From assembly GCA_011391785.1 (NCBI GenBank), contig JAABPW010000114.1, positions 1 to 62,227 on the forward strand: DNA of 62,227 bases, given 5' to 3'. Shown piece by piece: positions 20,371-29,472 of this stretch (positions are counted from its first letter, which is position 1; each line of letters opens with the position of its first letter). The position numbers and the translations under genes are program-made. The notes under the pieces were generated by a model. It did no database searches and was not told where the DNA came from. It was given only the letters and a program-made list of their open reading frames with translations. This DNA is from Verrucomicrobiota bacterium (lineage in GTDB: Bacteria > Verrucomicrobiota > Kiritimatiellia > CAIKKV01 > CAITUY01).

Positions 20371-20880
20371 ATGATTTCTGAATTGAAAGACGAAGGAATA
20401 GCTCGATGGCATGTCCTGCACGTCAAGCCGCGTTGCGAAAAGAAACTGGCGGACTTTTGCGCGGCCCATAAGGTGACGGCGGAGTTGCCGCTCCGTGAGG
20501 AGACCAAGATATATCAGCGGCGGCGGGTCACGGTTCGTAAACCAGTATTTCCCGGTTACCTTTTCCTGCGATTTCTGCCAGAGGAGAAGGAGACTGTTCT
20601 CAAGAGTCGGTTGGTCGTGCGGGTCCTGACAGTGGAGGATCAAGGTCGGTTGGTGCGGGAATTGGATCAAGTCAAATTGGCTTTGTCGGTGGATCCCACA
20701 TTGGATGCCTGTGCGGCTTTTCAGGCGGGAAAACGGGTGATGATACGCTCGGGTCCGTTCCAAGGAGTTGAAGGTGTCGTACAAACGGTTAAGGGCAAAA
20801 CCAAGGTATTACTAAATGTGGAAATGATTGGTCAGGCTCTGGCGCTGGAAGTGGGTGTTGAGATGCTCGAGCCGGCGTAG
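20371..20880 (+). CDS. NusG-family paralog (specialised RfaH/UpxY-like antiterminator: NGN plus KOW)
   Basis: 169 aa. WHVLHVKPRCEKK and VFPGYLFLRF (NGN). GKRVMIRSGPFQGVEGVV (KOW). It is not beside secE/rplK, so it is a paralog rather than housekeeping NusG. Confidence 0.75.
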   Translation: MISELKDEGIARWHVLHVKPRCEKKLADFCAAHKVTAELPLREETKIYQRRRVTVRKPVFPGYLFLRFLPEEKETVLKSRLVVRVLTVEDQGRLVRELDQVKLALSVDPTLDACAAFQAGKRVMIRSGPFQGVEGVVQTVKGKTKVLLNVEMIGQALALEVGVEMLEPA

Positions 20881-20972
20881 GGATGGAAGAGCGGCGCAGG
20901 ATTCAGGACGAGAAAGGTTGGGGGAAGGAAAAACCTTTTTCTAAACCTGCTGAACAAAGAGATGAGGGATTG

Positions 20973-22109
20973 ATGGATATCAGTAATTTGGAGACTCCTT
21001 GCTACGTGGTGGACGAGGGAAGGCTGGAGGCGAACCTTGAGAGGCTGGATGCCGTCCAAACGCGGACAGGATGCAAAATCCTCCTTGCGCTGAAAGGTTT
21101 TTCCATGTTCAGCACATTTCCCCAGATCCGGAAGGTGTTGTACGGAGCGGCCGCAAGCTCACTTAATGAGGCCCGGCTTGCTTTCGAAGAATTCAGCCGG
21201 GAGGTTCATGTCTACATGCCGGCTTACCGCCCGGATGAGTTCAATGAGTTGCTGGGCTATGCCAATCATATGGTATTTAACTCCTTCGCCCAGTGGCAGC
21301 GCTATAAGCCCGTTGTTGCGGCGTCGCAAAAGCCCATTCGTTGTGGCATCCGGGTCAATCCGCAGCATTCCGAGGTAAAAGTGCCGATTTATGATCCTTG
21401 CGCACCGGGATCCCGGCTGGGTGTTACGCTGGATCAGTTTAAGGGGCAGGATCTTGCCGGCCTCTCAGGGTTGCATTTCCATACGTTGTGTGAGCTCAAT
21501 TCCGATGCCTTGGAACGCACCCTGCCGGTGGTTGAGGAGAAATTTGGACGCTATTTCAGCGGACTTGAGTGGATTAATTTTGGGGGTGGACACCACATCA
21601 CCCGGGCGGATTATGACGTGGATCGCCTATGTCGGGTGATCGAGGGATTCCGGCGGCGGCATCCTCACCTTGGGGTCTACCTTGAGCCTGGCGAGGCGAT
21701 TGCGCTGAATACGGGTGTGCTGGTGGCCTCGGTGCTGGATGTCGTTCACAATGCCATGGATATTGCCATTCTGGATACGTCGGCGGCGGCCCATATGCCG
21801 GACGTCCTGGAGATGCCTTATCGTCCTCAGATTGCGGGCGCGGGAAAACCGGGTGAACATCCCCATGTCTACCGGCTGGGCGGAATGACCTGCCTGGCGG
21901 GTGATGTGATAGGGGATTATTCTTTTCCGGAGCCTTTGAAGGTTGGGGATAAGCTGGTTTTCCTGGACATGGCGCACTACACGATGGTTAAGAACAATAC
22001 GTTTAACGGGGTGGGTCTTCCTTCCATCGCCCTTTACCACCCGCAGACCCGGGGGATCGAGGTGGTTCGTCGTTTTGGTTATGAGGATTACCGGAACCGA
22101 CTCTCGTAA
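20973..22109 (+). CDS. nspC: Carboxynorspermidine/carboxyspermidine decarboxylase
   Basis: ATG at 20973 gives MDISNLETPCYVVDEGRLEANLERL, a typical NspC N-terminus. PLP-dependent fold-III decarboxylase layout at ~378 aa. The 20883 start in the track adds a 30 aa charged extension. Confidence 0.8.
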   Translation: MDISNLETPCYVVDEGRLEANLERLDAVQTRTGCKILLALKGFSMFSTFPQIRKVLYGAAASSLNEARLAFEEFSREVHVYMPAYRPDEFNELLGYANHMVFNSFAQWQRYKPVVAASQKPIRCGIRVNPQHSEVKVPIYDPCAPGSRLGVTLDQFKGQDLAGLSGLHFHTLCELNSDALERTLPVVEEKFGRYFSGLEWINFGGGHHITRADYDVDRLCRVIEGFRRRHPHLGVYLEPGEAIALNTGVLVASVLDVVHNAMDIAILDTSAAAHMPDVLEMPYRPQIAGAGKPGEHPHVYRLGGMTCLAGDVIGDYSFPEPLKVGDKLVFLDMAHYTMVKNNTFNGVGLPSIALYHPQTRGIEVVRRFGYEDYRNRLS

Positions 22110-22139
22110 GGAGAGTATCCGGATCCTCATCCAGAAGAC

Positions 22140-23105
22140 TTAAAAACGCTGCTGGCTCAATACCCGGAGATGTTCCGTGACGGAAGCCGCAAGAGCGGGG
22201 AGATCATAGCCACCTTCCAGGACAGAGACGAGGCGGCCCTGACTGTGTTCGTTCGCCATGTCCATGACCAAGCCCGTCAGATCTCCAAATCCATGCTCTG
22301 TGAGAACCGTGCCGGCGAGAGGATCATTGTTGTGTGCGTCGAATCCGGCTGATATCAGAATGAATTCCGGCTTGAATTTCGCCAAGGCCGGCTTGAGCGA
22401 TTCCATGAATTCACGGCGGTAGTCGTTATCGGTGGCGCCGACACCCACGGGAACGTTCATTGTGAACCCTGTTCCCGCCCCTATTCCTGTTTCGTTGGCA
22501 AGTCCACTCCCGGGGTAGAGCGGGACCTGGTGGATACTGAAATAGAAGACAGAAGGATCATCCTCAAAGGCGTGCTGTGTGCCATTTCCATGATGAACAT
22601 CCCAATCCACGATGGCGATGCGGCGGATTCCGTGTCGATGTTGCAGGTGGCGTGCGGCGATGGCTACATTGTTGAAGAAACAGAACCCCATAGCTCGATC
22701 TTTTTCGGCATGGTGCCCCGGGGGGCGGACGGCACAGAAGGCGTTCGATATCCTGCCATCCATTACGGCATCGGTGGCAGTCAAGACTGCTCCGGCGGCC
22801 ATGAGGGCGGCCTCATAAGTTCCCGGTGAACCAAGGGTTACATCATCGGGTTCAAACAACCCACCCTCCTCGCAGGCAAGCCGGATTTTCTCGATATACA
22901 GAAGGTCATGGATGGCGGCAATATTTTGCACGGTAGCAGGATGCGGAGTGAGGTGAAACAGTTTCTCCCAGAGGCCGGCCTGCTTGAGTCCTGCAGCAAT
23001 CGCCGTCATTCGCTTTTGCTGTTCCGGATGGGCCCAGCCTGTCTGGTGCTTCCGGAATACCGGGTCAGTGAGAAATGCCGTCCGATGTTGGGTTTCTGGT
23101 AACAT
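22140..23105 (-). CDS. Histone deacetylase-family amidohydrolase (acetylpolyamine/acetoin-utilisation type)
   Basis: RPPGHHA, DWDVHHGNGTQ, SAGFDAH and EGGY motifs. Start taken at ATG 23105 (MLPETQHR...). The longer track ORF overlaps the upstream gene. Confidence 0.85.
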   Translation of the reverse strand: MLPETQHRTAFLTDPVFRKHQTGWAHPEQQKRMTAIAAGLKQAGLWEKLFHLTPHPATVQNIAAIHDLLYIEKIRLACEEGGLFEPDDVTLGSPGTYEAALMAAGAVLTATDAVMDGRISNAFCAVRPPGHHAEKDRAMGFCFFNNVAIAARHLQHRHGIRRIAIVDWDVHHGNGTQHAFEDDPSVFYFSIHQVPLYPGSGLANETGIGAGTGFTMNVPVGVGATDNDYRREFMESLKPALAKFKPEFILISAGFDAHNNDPLAGTVLTEHGFGDLTGLVMDMANEHSQGRLVSVLEGGYDLPALAASVTEHLRVLSQQRF

Positions 23106-23124
23106 GCGCAGGATCAATAACACA

Positions 23125-24246
23125 TTACTTGGCTGTTTTCCATCCTTCCCGGTAGTTGCGGGGTGAAATGCCGTTTTCCTGCCGAAACAGGGTGGAAAAA
23201 TGTTTAGGGTCGAGCAGGCCAACCTGCCGGGCAATGGCGGCAATAGTGTCATGACCATCACGGAGGAGGGTTCTCGCCTTTTCCATTCTAATCCTGAGAA
23301 GGGTTTGGTATGGGCTGCACCCCATGTTTTTCTGGAATGCTTTTTCCAGGCCACGCCGCGAAACCGAGCAGGTGTTGATCACATCGGACACATTAATGCC
23401 TGAAGCATGGTGTTCTTTCATGAATCGTATCGCTTGGGTCACCAGCGGGGCATCCGTGGCGAAGGTGTCGGTGCTGCCCCGTTCCGCAATGTCACGGGGG
23501 GGAATCAACTGGTTGCGCGGTTCGGGCTGTTCCCCATTCATCAGGCGATCCAGCAGAGCGGCACCAAGGGTTCCCACCTGTTGAATATCGGTGCGGATGC
23601 TGGAGAGGCGGACAGCCGCGCAATCGCACACCAGTTCCTCGTTGTCCATGCCCATTACGGCGATGTCTTCAGGAATATGCCAGCCCAGGCTGTGCGCCAT
23701 ATCCACGAATCGGGCCCCGGCATAGTCGGTCCAGCAGAAAACGGCAAGTGGTTTGGGTTGAGACCTGAGCCAGCGCCGGGTAGCCGTCAACTCTTCCTTC
23801 CAGGTAATGGCGTTTTCATAAAGATGACTGCATTCAAAACCGTGGGCTTTCACCACGCTGATGAAATCCTGTCCACGGAAGGAGTGCGCATCCCCGTAGA
23901 ATGCGAAATTCGAAAATCCCTTACCTCGAAAATACCGGAAGGCCAACTCGGCGGCCTGCCGTGTATCGCTGAGAACCCGGGGATAGGATGTGGTTAGGAG
24001 GCGCCCCTCCAGGTTCACGGTGGGTTTGTTGCATTTCCGCAGGAACTTTAGCAGGAGGGTCTCATCGCGGATGAGCATGGTCAGGATGCCGTCGCCATCC
24101 CAGCCCCAGGGGATATTCGCGGGGTTTAGCAGCATCTCCAGGGACAAGTGCCAGTTATGGATTCGCGCATATTCCGCAATCCCTTCAAACAAAGGCCCCC
24201 GGTAGAACTCCAATGCAACCAGCACATTTTTCATCTTTCCGCTCAT
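23125..24246 (-). CDS. XylR-like regulator (periplasmic-binding-protein sugar sensor domain plus AraC-type HTH)
   Basis: The N-terminal ~270 aa is LacI/PBP-like. The C-terminus is an AraC HTH (IAAIARQVGLLDPKHFSTLFRQENGISPRNYR). Divergent from the gnd-uxaC cluster. Confidence 0.8.
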   Translation of the reverse strand: MSGKMKNVLVALEFYRGPLFEGIAEYARIHNWHLSLEMLLNPANIPWGWDGDGILTMLIRDETLLLKFLRKCNKPTVNLEGRLLTTSYPRVLSDTRQAAELAFRYFRGKGFSNFAFYGDAHSFRGQDFISVVKAHGFECSHLYENAITWKEELTATRRWLRSQPKPLAVFCWTDYAGARFVDMAHSLGWHIPEDIAVMGMDNEELVCDCAAVRLSSIRTDIQQVGTLGAALLDRLMNGEQPEPRNQLIPPRDIAERGSTDTFATDAPLVTQAIRFMKEHHASGINVSDVINTCSVSRRGLEKAFQKNMGCSPYQTLLRIRMEKARTLLRDGHDTIAAIARQVGLLDPKHFSTLFRQENGISPRNYREGWKTAK

Positions 24247-24370
24247 GGTCAGAACAAGTCTGATACACTAGTTCGCATTTGTAAACTATTATGCGTTTAT
24301 TTCATGTTGTCGAATGGAAAGGGGAAGCCTATGTTATGCTTTTTAAAATGAATAAGAGGAGGACGCAGTG

Positions 24371-25831
24371 ATGAGTGCAGCGACAGCAGACATTGCCATG
24401 ATCGGGTTAGCCGTCATGGGTGAAAACCTGGTCTTGAACATGGAAAGCCACGGGTTCACCGTGGCGGTGTATAACCGCACCATTGACAAAATGGAGGCTT
24501 TCACTGCCGGCCGCGGCAAGGGGAAAAAAATCGTAGGATGTCGTACGATTGAGGATCTCTGTGCCTCGCTCAAGAGTCCGAGGAAAGTGATGATGCTGGT
24601 CAAGGCTGGGAAAGCGGTTGACGAGTGCATTGAACAGTTGCTGCCGCATCTGTCCGCCGGTGACATCATAATCGACGGTGGGAATAGCCATTATCCCGAC
24701 ACCATTCGCCGCACCAAGTATGTTGAATCGAAGGGGTTTCTGTTCATTGGGACTGGGGTGTCCGGAGGCGAAGAGGGGGCTCTCAAGGGACCCTCGATCA
24801 TGCCCGGTGGATCCGCCGCCGCCTGGCCCCACGTCAAGCCGATCTTTCAGGCCGTCTCTGCCAAGGTTGAGGGCGGCGTACCCTGCTGCGACTGGGTCGG
24901 TTCCGATGGTGCCGGTCATTTCGTCAAGATGGTGCACAATGGCATCGAGTACGGTGATATGCAGATGATTTGTGAGGCCTATTCCCTGCTCAAGGGCGTG
25001 GCGGGCCTTACTAATGAGGAATTGCAGCAGGTCTTTGCGACATGGAACGAGGGAGAGCTGGATTCTTACCTCATCCAGATCACAAGGGACATTCTGGGCG
25101 AAAAGGACCCGGAGACCGGGAAGCATGTGGTCGATGTGATCCTCGATACCGCCGGTCAGAAGGGGACCGGCAAGTGGACCAGCGTGGCGGCCCTGGATTA
25201 CGGGGTGGCAGCGCCAACGGTGTCGGAGGCAGTCTTTGCCCGTTGCATGTCCGCCATGAAGGAGGAACGCGTTTCGGCCAGCACGATTCTGGCTGGCCCC
25301 AAGGCTAAGTTTAAGGGCGATAAGGAGTCCTTTATCGAGGATGTGCGTCAGGCCCTTTATGCATCGAAGATTTGTTCCTATGCGCAGGGTTTTCAACTGT
25401 TGCGTGCTGCCGCGGCCGAACAGAACTGGACCCTGGATTACGGATCGATCGCGCTGATGTGGCGCGGCGGATGCATTATCCGTGCCCGGTTTCTTGGTGA
25501 CATCAAGGCGGCGTTTGATCGCAAGCCCGCTCTGGCCAACCTGCTGCTCGACAAGTATTTCAAGAAGGCGATCCGGAAAAGTCAATTGGCGTGGCGCAGG
25601 GCTATGGCTCGTGCCATCAAGCATGGTGTTCCTGTTCCGGCATTTGGCTCGGCGCTGTCCTATTACGATGGCTATCGGACGGCGACGCTTCCGGCGAACC
25701 TGCTCCAGGCGCAACGGGACTATTTTGGTGCCCACACCTACGAGCGGATTGATCAGCCGCGTGGTCAGTTCTTCCATACCGACTGGTGCAAGCTGGGTGG
25801 ATCGACCACGTCCTCGACATATGTCGTCTAG
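24371..25831 (+). CDS. gnd: 6-phosphogluconate dehydrogenase, decarboxylating
   Basis: [14 protein letters not shown] Rossmann start, [14 protein letters not shown] and [11 protein letters not shown] blocks. RBS AAGAGGAGGA upstream. Confidence 0.93.
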   Translation: MSAATADIAMIGLAVMGENLVLNMESHGFTVAVYNRTIDKMEAFTAGRGKGKKIVGCRTIEDLCASLKSPRKVMMLVKAGKAVDECIEQLLPHLSAGDIIIDGGNSHYPDTIRRTKYVESKGFLFIGTGVSGGEEGALKGPSIMPGGSAAAWPHVKPIFQAVSAKVEGGVPCCDWVGSDGAGHFVKMVHNGIEYGDMQMICEAYSLLKGVAGLTNEELQQVFATWNEGELDSYLIQITRDILGEKDPETGKHVVDVILDTAGQKGTGKWTSVAALDYGVAAPTVSEAVFARCMSAMKEERVSASTILAGPKAKFKGDKESFIEDVRQALYASKICSYAQGFQLLRAAAAEQNWTLDYGSIALMWRGGCIIRARFLGDIKAAFDRKPALANLLLDKYFKKAIRKSQLAWRRAMARAIKHGVPVPAFGSALSYYDGYRTATLPANLLQAQRDYFGAHTYERIDQPRGQFFHTDWCKLGGSTTSSTYVV

Positions 25832-25882
25832 CGATCGTGGCAGCAATCGAACGCTAAATGTGCGGGATTTGCTATATTCTTT

Positions 25883-27166
25883 ATGAAGGCAAATATCATA
25901 CAGGCTGGCGAGCGGCTCGACATCGGGCATGAGGATCTGGAGCGGCTGGTCGCGGCTACCCTGGAACAGTTCGGCGGGAAATCACTTCGCCGGGTGTTGC
26001 TACTGCCTCCTGACCACACACGGCTTAACTCCATGGCGGGTCCCATCACAGCCATTGTATACCGTTTGTTCGCCGCATGGGGGGCGCAGACGGATGTCAT
26101 GCCAGCCTTGGGAACGCATGCGCCGATGGGGCCCGCGGAACTCAAGATGATGTTTGGCGATACCATCCCTGCCGACAAATTCCTGCCACACGACTGGCGG
26201 AACGATGTGGTGTCCCGCGGGATTATTCCCGGGGAAACACTCAGCGAGTGGTCGGGCGGACTGGTGGATTATAGTGTCAATGTCGAGGTCAACCGCCGTC
26301 TGTTTGATGGTTATGACCTGATTCTTTCCATCGGCCAGGTTGTTCCTCACGAGGTGGTTGGCATGGCCAATTACACAAAAAACATAATGGTAGGGGTCGG
26401 CGGTGCCGACACCATTAACAAGTCGCACTTCCTTGGTGCGGTGTGCAATATGGAAAAGGCTCTGGGTCGGGCCGATACACCCGTGCGCCGTCTTTTCAAT
26501 CACGGGGTCAGCACCTTCCTGGGTGAACTGCCGATCCGTTACATCCTGACCGTGATGGAACGTGATGCCGCTGCCAACCGAATGGTGATGCGGGGGTTCT
26601 ACGGTGGCACCGGCGATGCCCTGTTCGAAGAAGCCTGCCAATTGTGCCGCAGGGTTAATATCATCACTCTCGACCAACCCTTGAAGAAGGTGGTGGTCTG
26701 GCTGGATCCCGAGGAGTTCCGTTCCACCTGGCTTGGCAACAAGGCCATCTACCGCACCCGCATGGCTTTGGCTGACGAAGGGGAGCTGGTAATCCTGGCT
26801 CCGGGCGTGAAGGAATTTGGCGAGGATCGCGAGATTGACCGGCTGATCCGGCGTTATGGGTACAAGGGCACATCGAACACCTTGGAGTGCGTAACGCGCT
26901 TTGACGAACTACGGAACAACCTGTCTGCCGCTGCCCATCTGATCCACGGCTCCAGCGAGGGCCGGTTCTCGATTACCTATTGTCCCGGCCACCTCAGTCA
27001 GGCTGAGGTTGAGTCAGTGGGGTACCGTAACGGGGACCTCAAGACCTTGATGACCCGGTACAATCCCGAAACCCTCACGGAGGGATTCAATGATGTGGCG
27101 GGCGAGCAGGTATTCTTTATCCGTAATCCGGCGTTGGGCTTGTGGTCGGTAAGGGAGCGATTATGA
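25883..27166 (+). CDS. LarA-like (lactate racemase N-domain / DUF2088) 2-hydroxyacid racemase/epimerase family protein
   Basis: 427 aa. PPDHTRLNS aligns with the LarA DHTRP block. PHEVVGMANYTKNI...INKSH aligns with the LarA H...GGRK...H region, so the His/Lys/His pattern is retained. The alignment is from memory of L. plantarum LarA. Confidence 0.65.
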   Translation: MKANIIQAGERLDIGHEDLERLVAATLEQFGGKSLRRVLLLPPDHTRLNSMAGPITAIVYRLFAAWGAQTDVMPALGTHAPMGPAELKMMFGDTIPADKFLPHDWRNDVVSRGIIPGETLSEWSGGLVDYSVNVEVNRRLFDGYDLILSIGQVVPHEVVGMANYTKNIMVGVGGADTINKSHFLGAVCNMEKALGRADTPVRRLFNHGVSTFLGELPIRYILTVMERDAAANRMVMRGFYGGTGDALFEEACQLCRRVNIITLDQPLKKVVVWLDPEEFRSTWLGNKAIYRTRMALADEGELVILAPGVKEFGEDREIDRLIRRYGYKGTSNTLECVTRFDELRNNLSAAAHLIHGSSEGRFSITYCPGHLSQAEVESVGYRNGDLKTLMTRYNPETLTEGFNDVAGEQVFFIRNPALGLWSVRERL

Positions 27167-28572
27167 CAAATTTCATCCATAAGGATTTCCTGTTGGGAAC
27201 CCCGCAGGCGCGGGAACTGTATCACGGGCATGCTGCCCATCTGCCCATTATTGATTATCATTGCCACCTGAATCCGGCCGAGATTGCACAGGATAAGCGA
27301 TGGGATAATATTGCCCAGATCTGGCTGGGAGGCGACCATTACAAGTGGCGCCAGATGCGGACGGCCGGGATCGCGGAGCGGTATTGCACGGGAGATGCCA
27401 CGGATCGCGAGAAGTTCGACAAGTATGCCGGACTGATGCCCAAGGCGCTTCGGAATCCGCTTTATCACTGGTCGCATTTGGAGTTGAAGAACTGCTTCGG
27501 AATTGCCGACCGTTTGCTCTCGCCGGAAACCGCGGATTCGATCTGGAATGACTCCTCAAAAGTCATGCGCGAACCCTGGTTCTCGGCCCGCGGGCTCATG
27601 AACAAGGCCAAGGTCGAGGTCGTATGCACCACCGATGATCCTGTCGATTCGCTGGAACATCATCAGGCAATCAGGCGGGAGCAGTATCCGGTTCAGGTCA
27701 GGCCGACCTGGCGGCCGGACAAGTGCTGGGTCGTGGCGGATCTTGCGGTATTCAACGGGTGGACAGATAAGCTGGAGGTGGCGACAGGAACCTCGATCCG
27801 GACTCTGGATGCTTTTCTTGCAGCCCTGCGCCAGCGGCATGATTTCTTCCACGCCCAAGGGTGTCGGCTTTCAGACCGTGGCCTGTCTTTTGTTCCGGAC
27901 GCCGATTGTTCGGCCTCCGGTGCTGCCTCAATTTTCGAGAAGGCCCGTGCGGGAAAGCCGGTGACTTCGGAAGCGGCGCTTCAGTTCCAGGCGTTCATGC
28001 TGCATGAGCTGGCTGTGATGGATGCCGAGCGTGGTTGGACGATGCAGATGCACTACGGGGTGCTCCGTAGCAATAATAGCCGCATGGCGGCCGCCGTAGG
28101 ACCCGATACCGGATTCGACTCCATTGGTGATTGGGCCACGGGCACGGGAATGGCAAAGCACTTCGACCGGCTTGACCGCATCGGGAAGCTACCGAAAACC
28201 ATCATCTATAACATCAATCCCCGCGACAATGAGCTGGTGGCCACGATGTGTGGAAACTTTCAGGATGGTGTAACGGCCGGGAAGATGCAGTTCGGAAGTG
28301 GATGGTGGTTCCTGGACCAGCTTGACGGAATGACGAGACACATCGAGGCGTTGTCTCAGTTGGGGCTTCTTAGCCAATTCGTTGGCATGCTTACGGATAG
28401 CCGGTCATTCCTGTCATACGCCCGCCATGAGTATTTCCGCAGGATGTTGTGTGATATCCTTGGCGACGACATGGCGCGCGGACGGATCCCGGCAGACATG
28501 AAGTTGGTGGGGCCCATGGTCGAGGATATCTGTTATAACAACGCGAAACGGTATTTCGGGTTTTGGGATTGA
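27163..28572 (+). CDS. uxaC: Glucuronate isomerase
   Basis: ATG at 27163 (MTNFIHKDFLL...). IIDYHCHL and GGDHYKWR blocks. ATGA overlap with the upstream gene. Confidence 0.93.
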   Translation: MTNFIHKDFLLGTPQARELYHGHAAHLPIIDYHCHLNPAEIAQDKRWDNIAQIWLGGDHYKWRQMRTAGIAERYCTGDATDREKFDKYAGLMPKALRNPLYHWSHLELKNCFGIADRLLSPETADSIWNDSSKVMREPWFSARGLMNKAKVEVVCTTDDPVDSLEHHQAIRREQYPVQVRPTWRPDKCWVVADLAVFNGWTDKLEVATGTSIRTLDAFLAALRQRHDFFHAQGCRLSDRGLSFVPDADCSASGAASIFEKARAGKPVTSEAALQFQAFMLHELAVMDAERGWTMQMHYGVLRSNNSRMAAAVGPDTGFDSIGDWATGTGMAKHFDRLDRIGKLPKTIIYNINPRDNELVATMCGNFQDGVTAGKMQFGSGWWFLDQLDGMTRHIEALSQLGLLSQFVGMLTDSRSFLSYARHEYFRRMLCDILGDDMARGRIPADMKLVGPMVEDICYNNAKRYFGFWD

Positions 28573-28619
28573 TCATTGACCTGAACTCGGCAGGACATGT
28601 CAGAAAAATCGGAGGAAGC

Positions 28620-29447
28620 GTGAAACGTCTGGAAAACAAAGTGGCGGTGGTGACGGGGGCGGCGGGAGTACTTTGCTCGGTAATGTCGGAGTCACTTTTG
28701 CGTGAGGGGGCGAAGGTCGTGCTCGCCGATTTGAATGAGGATGGAGCGAAAGGCCTCCAGAACATGTTTGCTGAGAAAGGTTTGACGGAGACCATGACCG
28801 TGGCCGCCAATGTGCTGGAGCGTGCATCGCTGGAGGCGGCCCGCGACAAGATTCTGGCGCAGTGGGGCCGGATTGACATCCTGGTCAACGGCGCAGGCGG
28901 CAACCACCCCAAGGGAACCTGTCCGGCCGAGCAGTTCACGGAGGGCACCAAGCTTGAGGATTCCTTCTTTGGTTTGGATCTGGCAGGGTTTGAGTTTGTC
29001 AACAAACTCAACTTTATCGGCAGTTTGCTGCCGAGTCAGGTGTTCTGCCAGGCAATGTTGAAACATGGAGGAAGTGTGATCAATATTTCCTCGATGTCGG
29101 CCACACAACCGCTTACCAAGGTGGCGGCGTACTCGGCGGCCAAGGCCGCCATTGATAATTTCACCCGCTGGCTGTCGGTGCATCTTGCGCCAATGAATAT
29201 TAGGGTGAATGCGATTGCTCCCGGATTCTTCATCACCAACCAGAATCGTTTCCTGATGCTGGAACAAGATGGCAAGACGTTGACTCCGCGGGGACAGAAG
29301 GTTATCAGCAAGACGCCGATGCACCGCTTCGGCGATCCGAAAGACCTCTGTGGTGCCCTCAATTATCTGGTTTCTGATGAGGCTTCGTTCGTCACGGGTG
29401 TTGTGATTCCCGTGGATGGCGGTTTTCTCGCGTATTCGGGAGTTTAG
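28620..29447 (+). CDS. SDR-family oxidoreductase, probable fructuronate/mannonate oxidoreductase (UxuB-like SDR type)
   Basis: GTG at 28620 preceded by GGAGGA (28611-28616). TGAAGVLC cofactor motif and SSMSA...YSAAKAA catalytic YxxxK. Sits between uxaC and a hexuronate-type MFS. Substrate is inferred from context only. Confidence 0.7.
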   Translation: MKRLENKVAVVTGAAGVLCSVMSESLLREGAKVVLADLNEDGAKGLQNMFAEKGLTETMTVAANVLERASLEAARDKILAQWGRIDILVNGAGGNHPKGTCPAEQFTEGTKLEDSFFGLDLAGFEFVNKLNFIGSLLPSQVFCQAMLKHGGSVINISSMSATQPLTKVAAYSAAKAAIDNFTRWLSVHLAPMNIRVNAIAPGFFITNQNRFLMLEQDGKTLTPRGQKVISKTPMHRFGDPKDLCGALNYLVSDEASFVTGVVIPVDGGFLAYSGV

Positions 29448-29472
29448 GGAAAATAGGGAAAGGACGGCTTAG

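Noticed and set aside
22140-23354. Extended N-termini suggested by the ORF track, e.g. 404 aa for the HDAC-like gene (also 52212 for pyrF, 38053 for the RRM gene, 11542 for rplF, 55140 for miaA, 46175 for the RluA-family gene)
   Set aside because: The extensions overlap neighbouring genes, lack homology-like sequence, and internal starts reproduce the family-typical N-termini. Shorter coordinates were used.
24407-25930. 507 aa ORF on the minus strand
   Set aside because: It lies entirely antisense to gnd, which has unambiguous 6PGDH motifs. Its Arg/Gly/Pro/Leu-rich composition is typical of GC-driven shadow frames.
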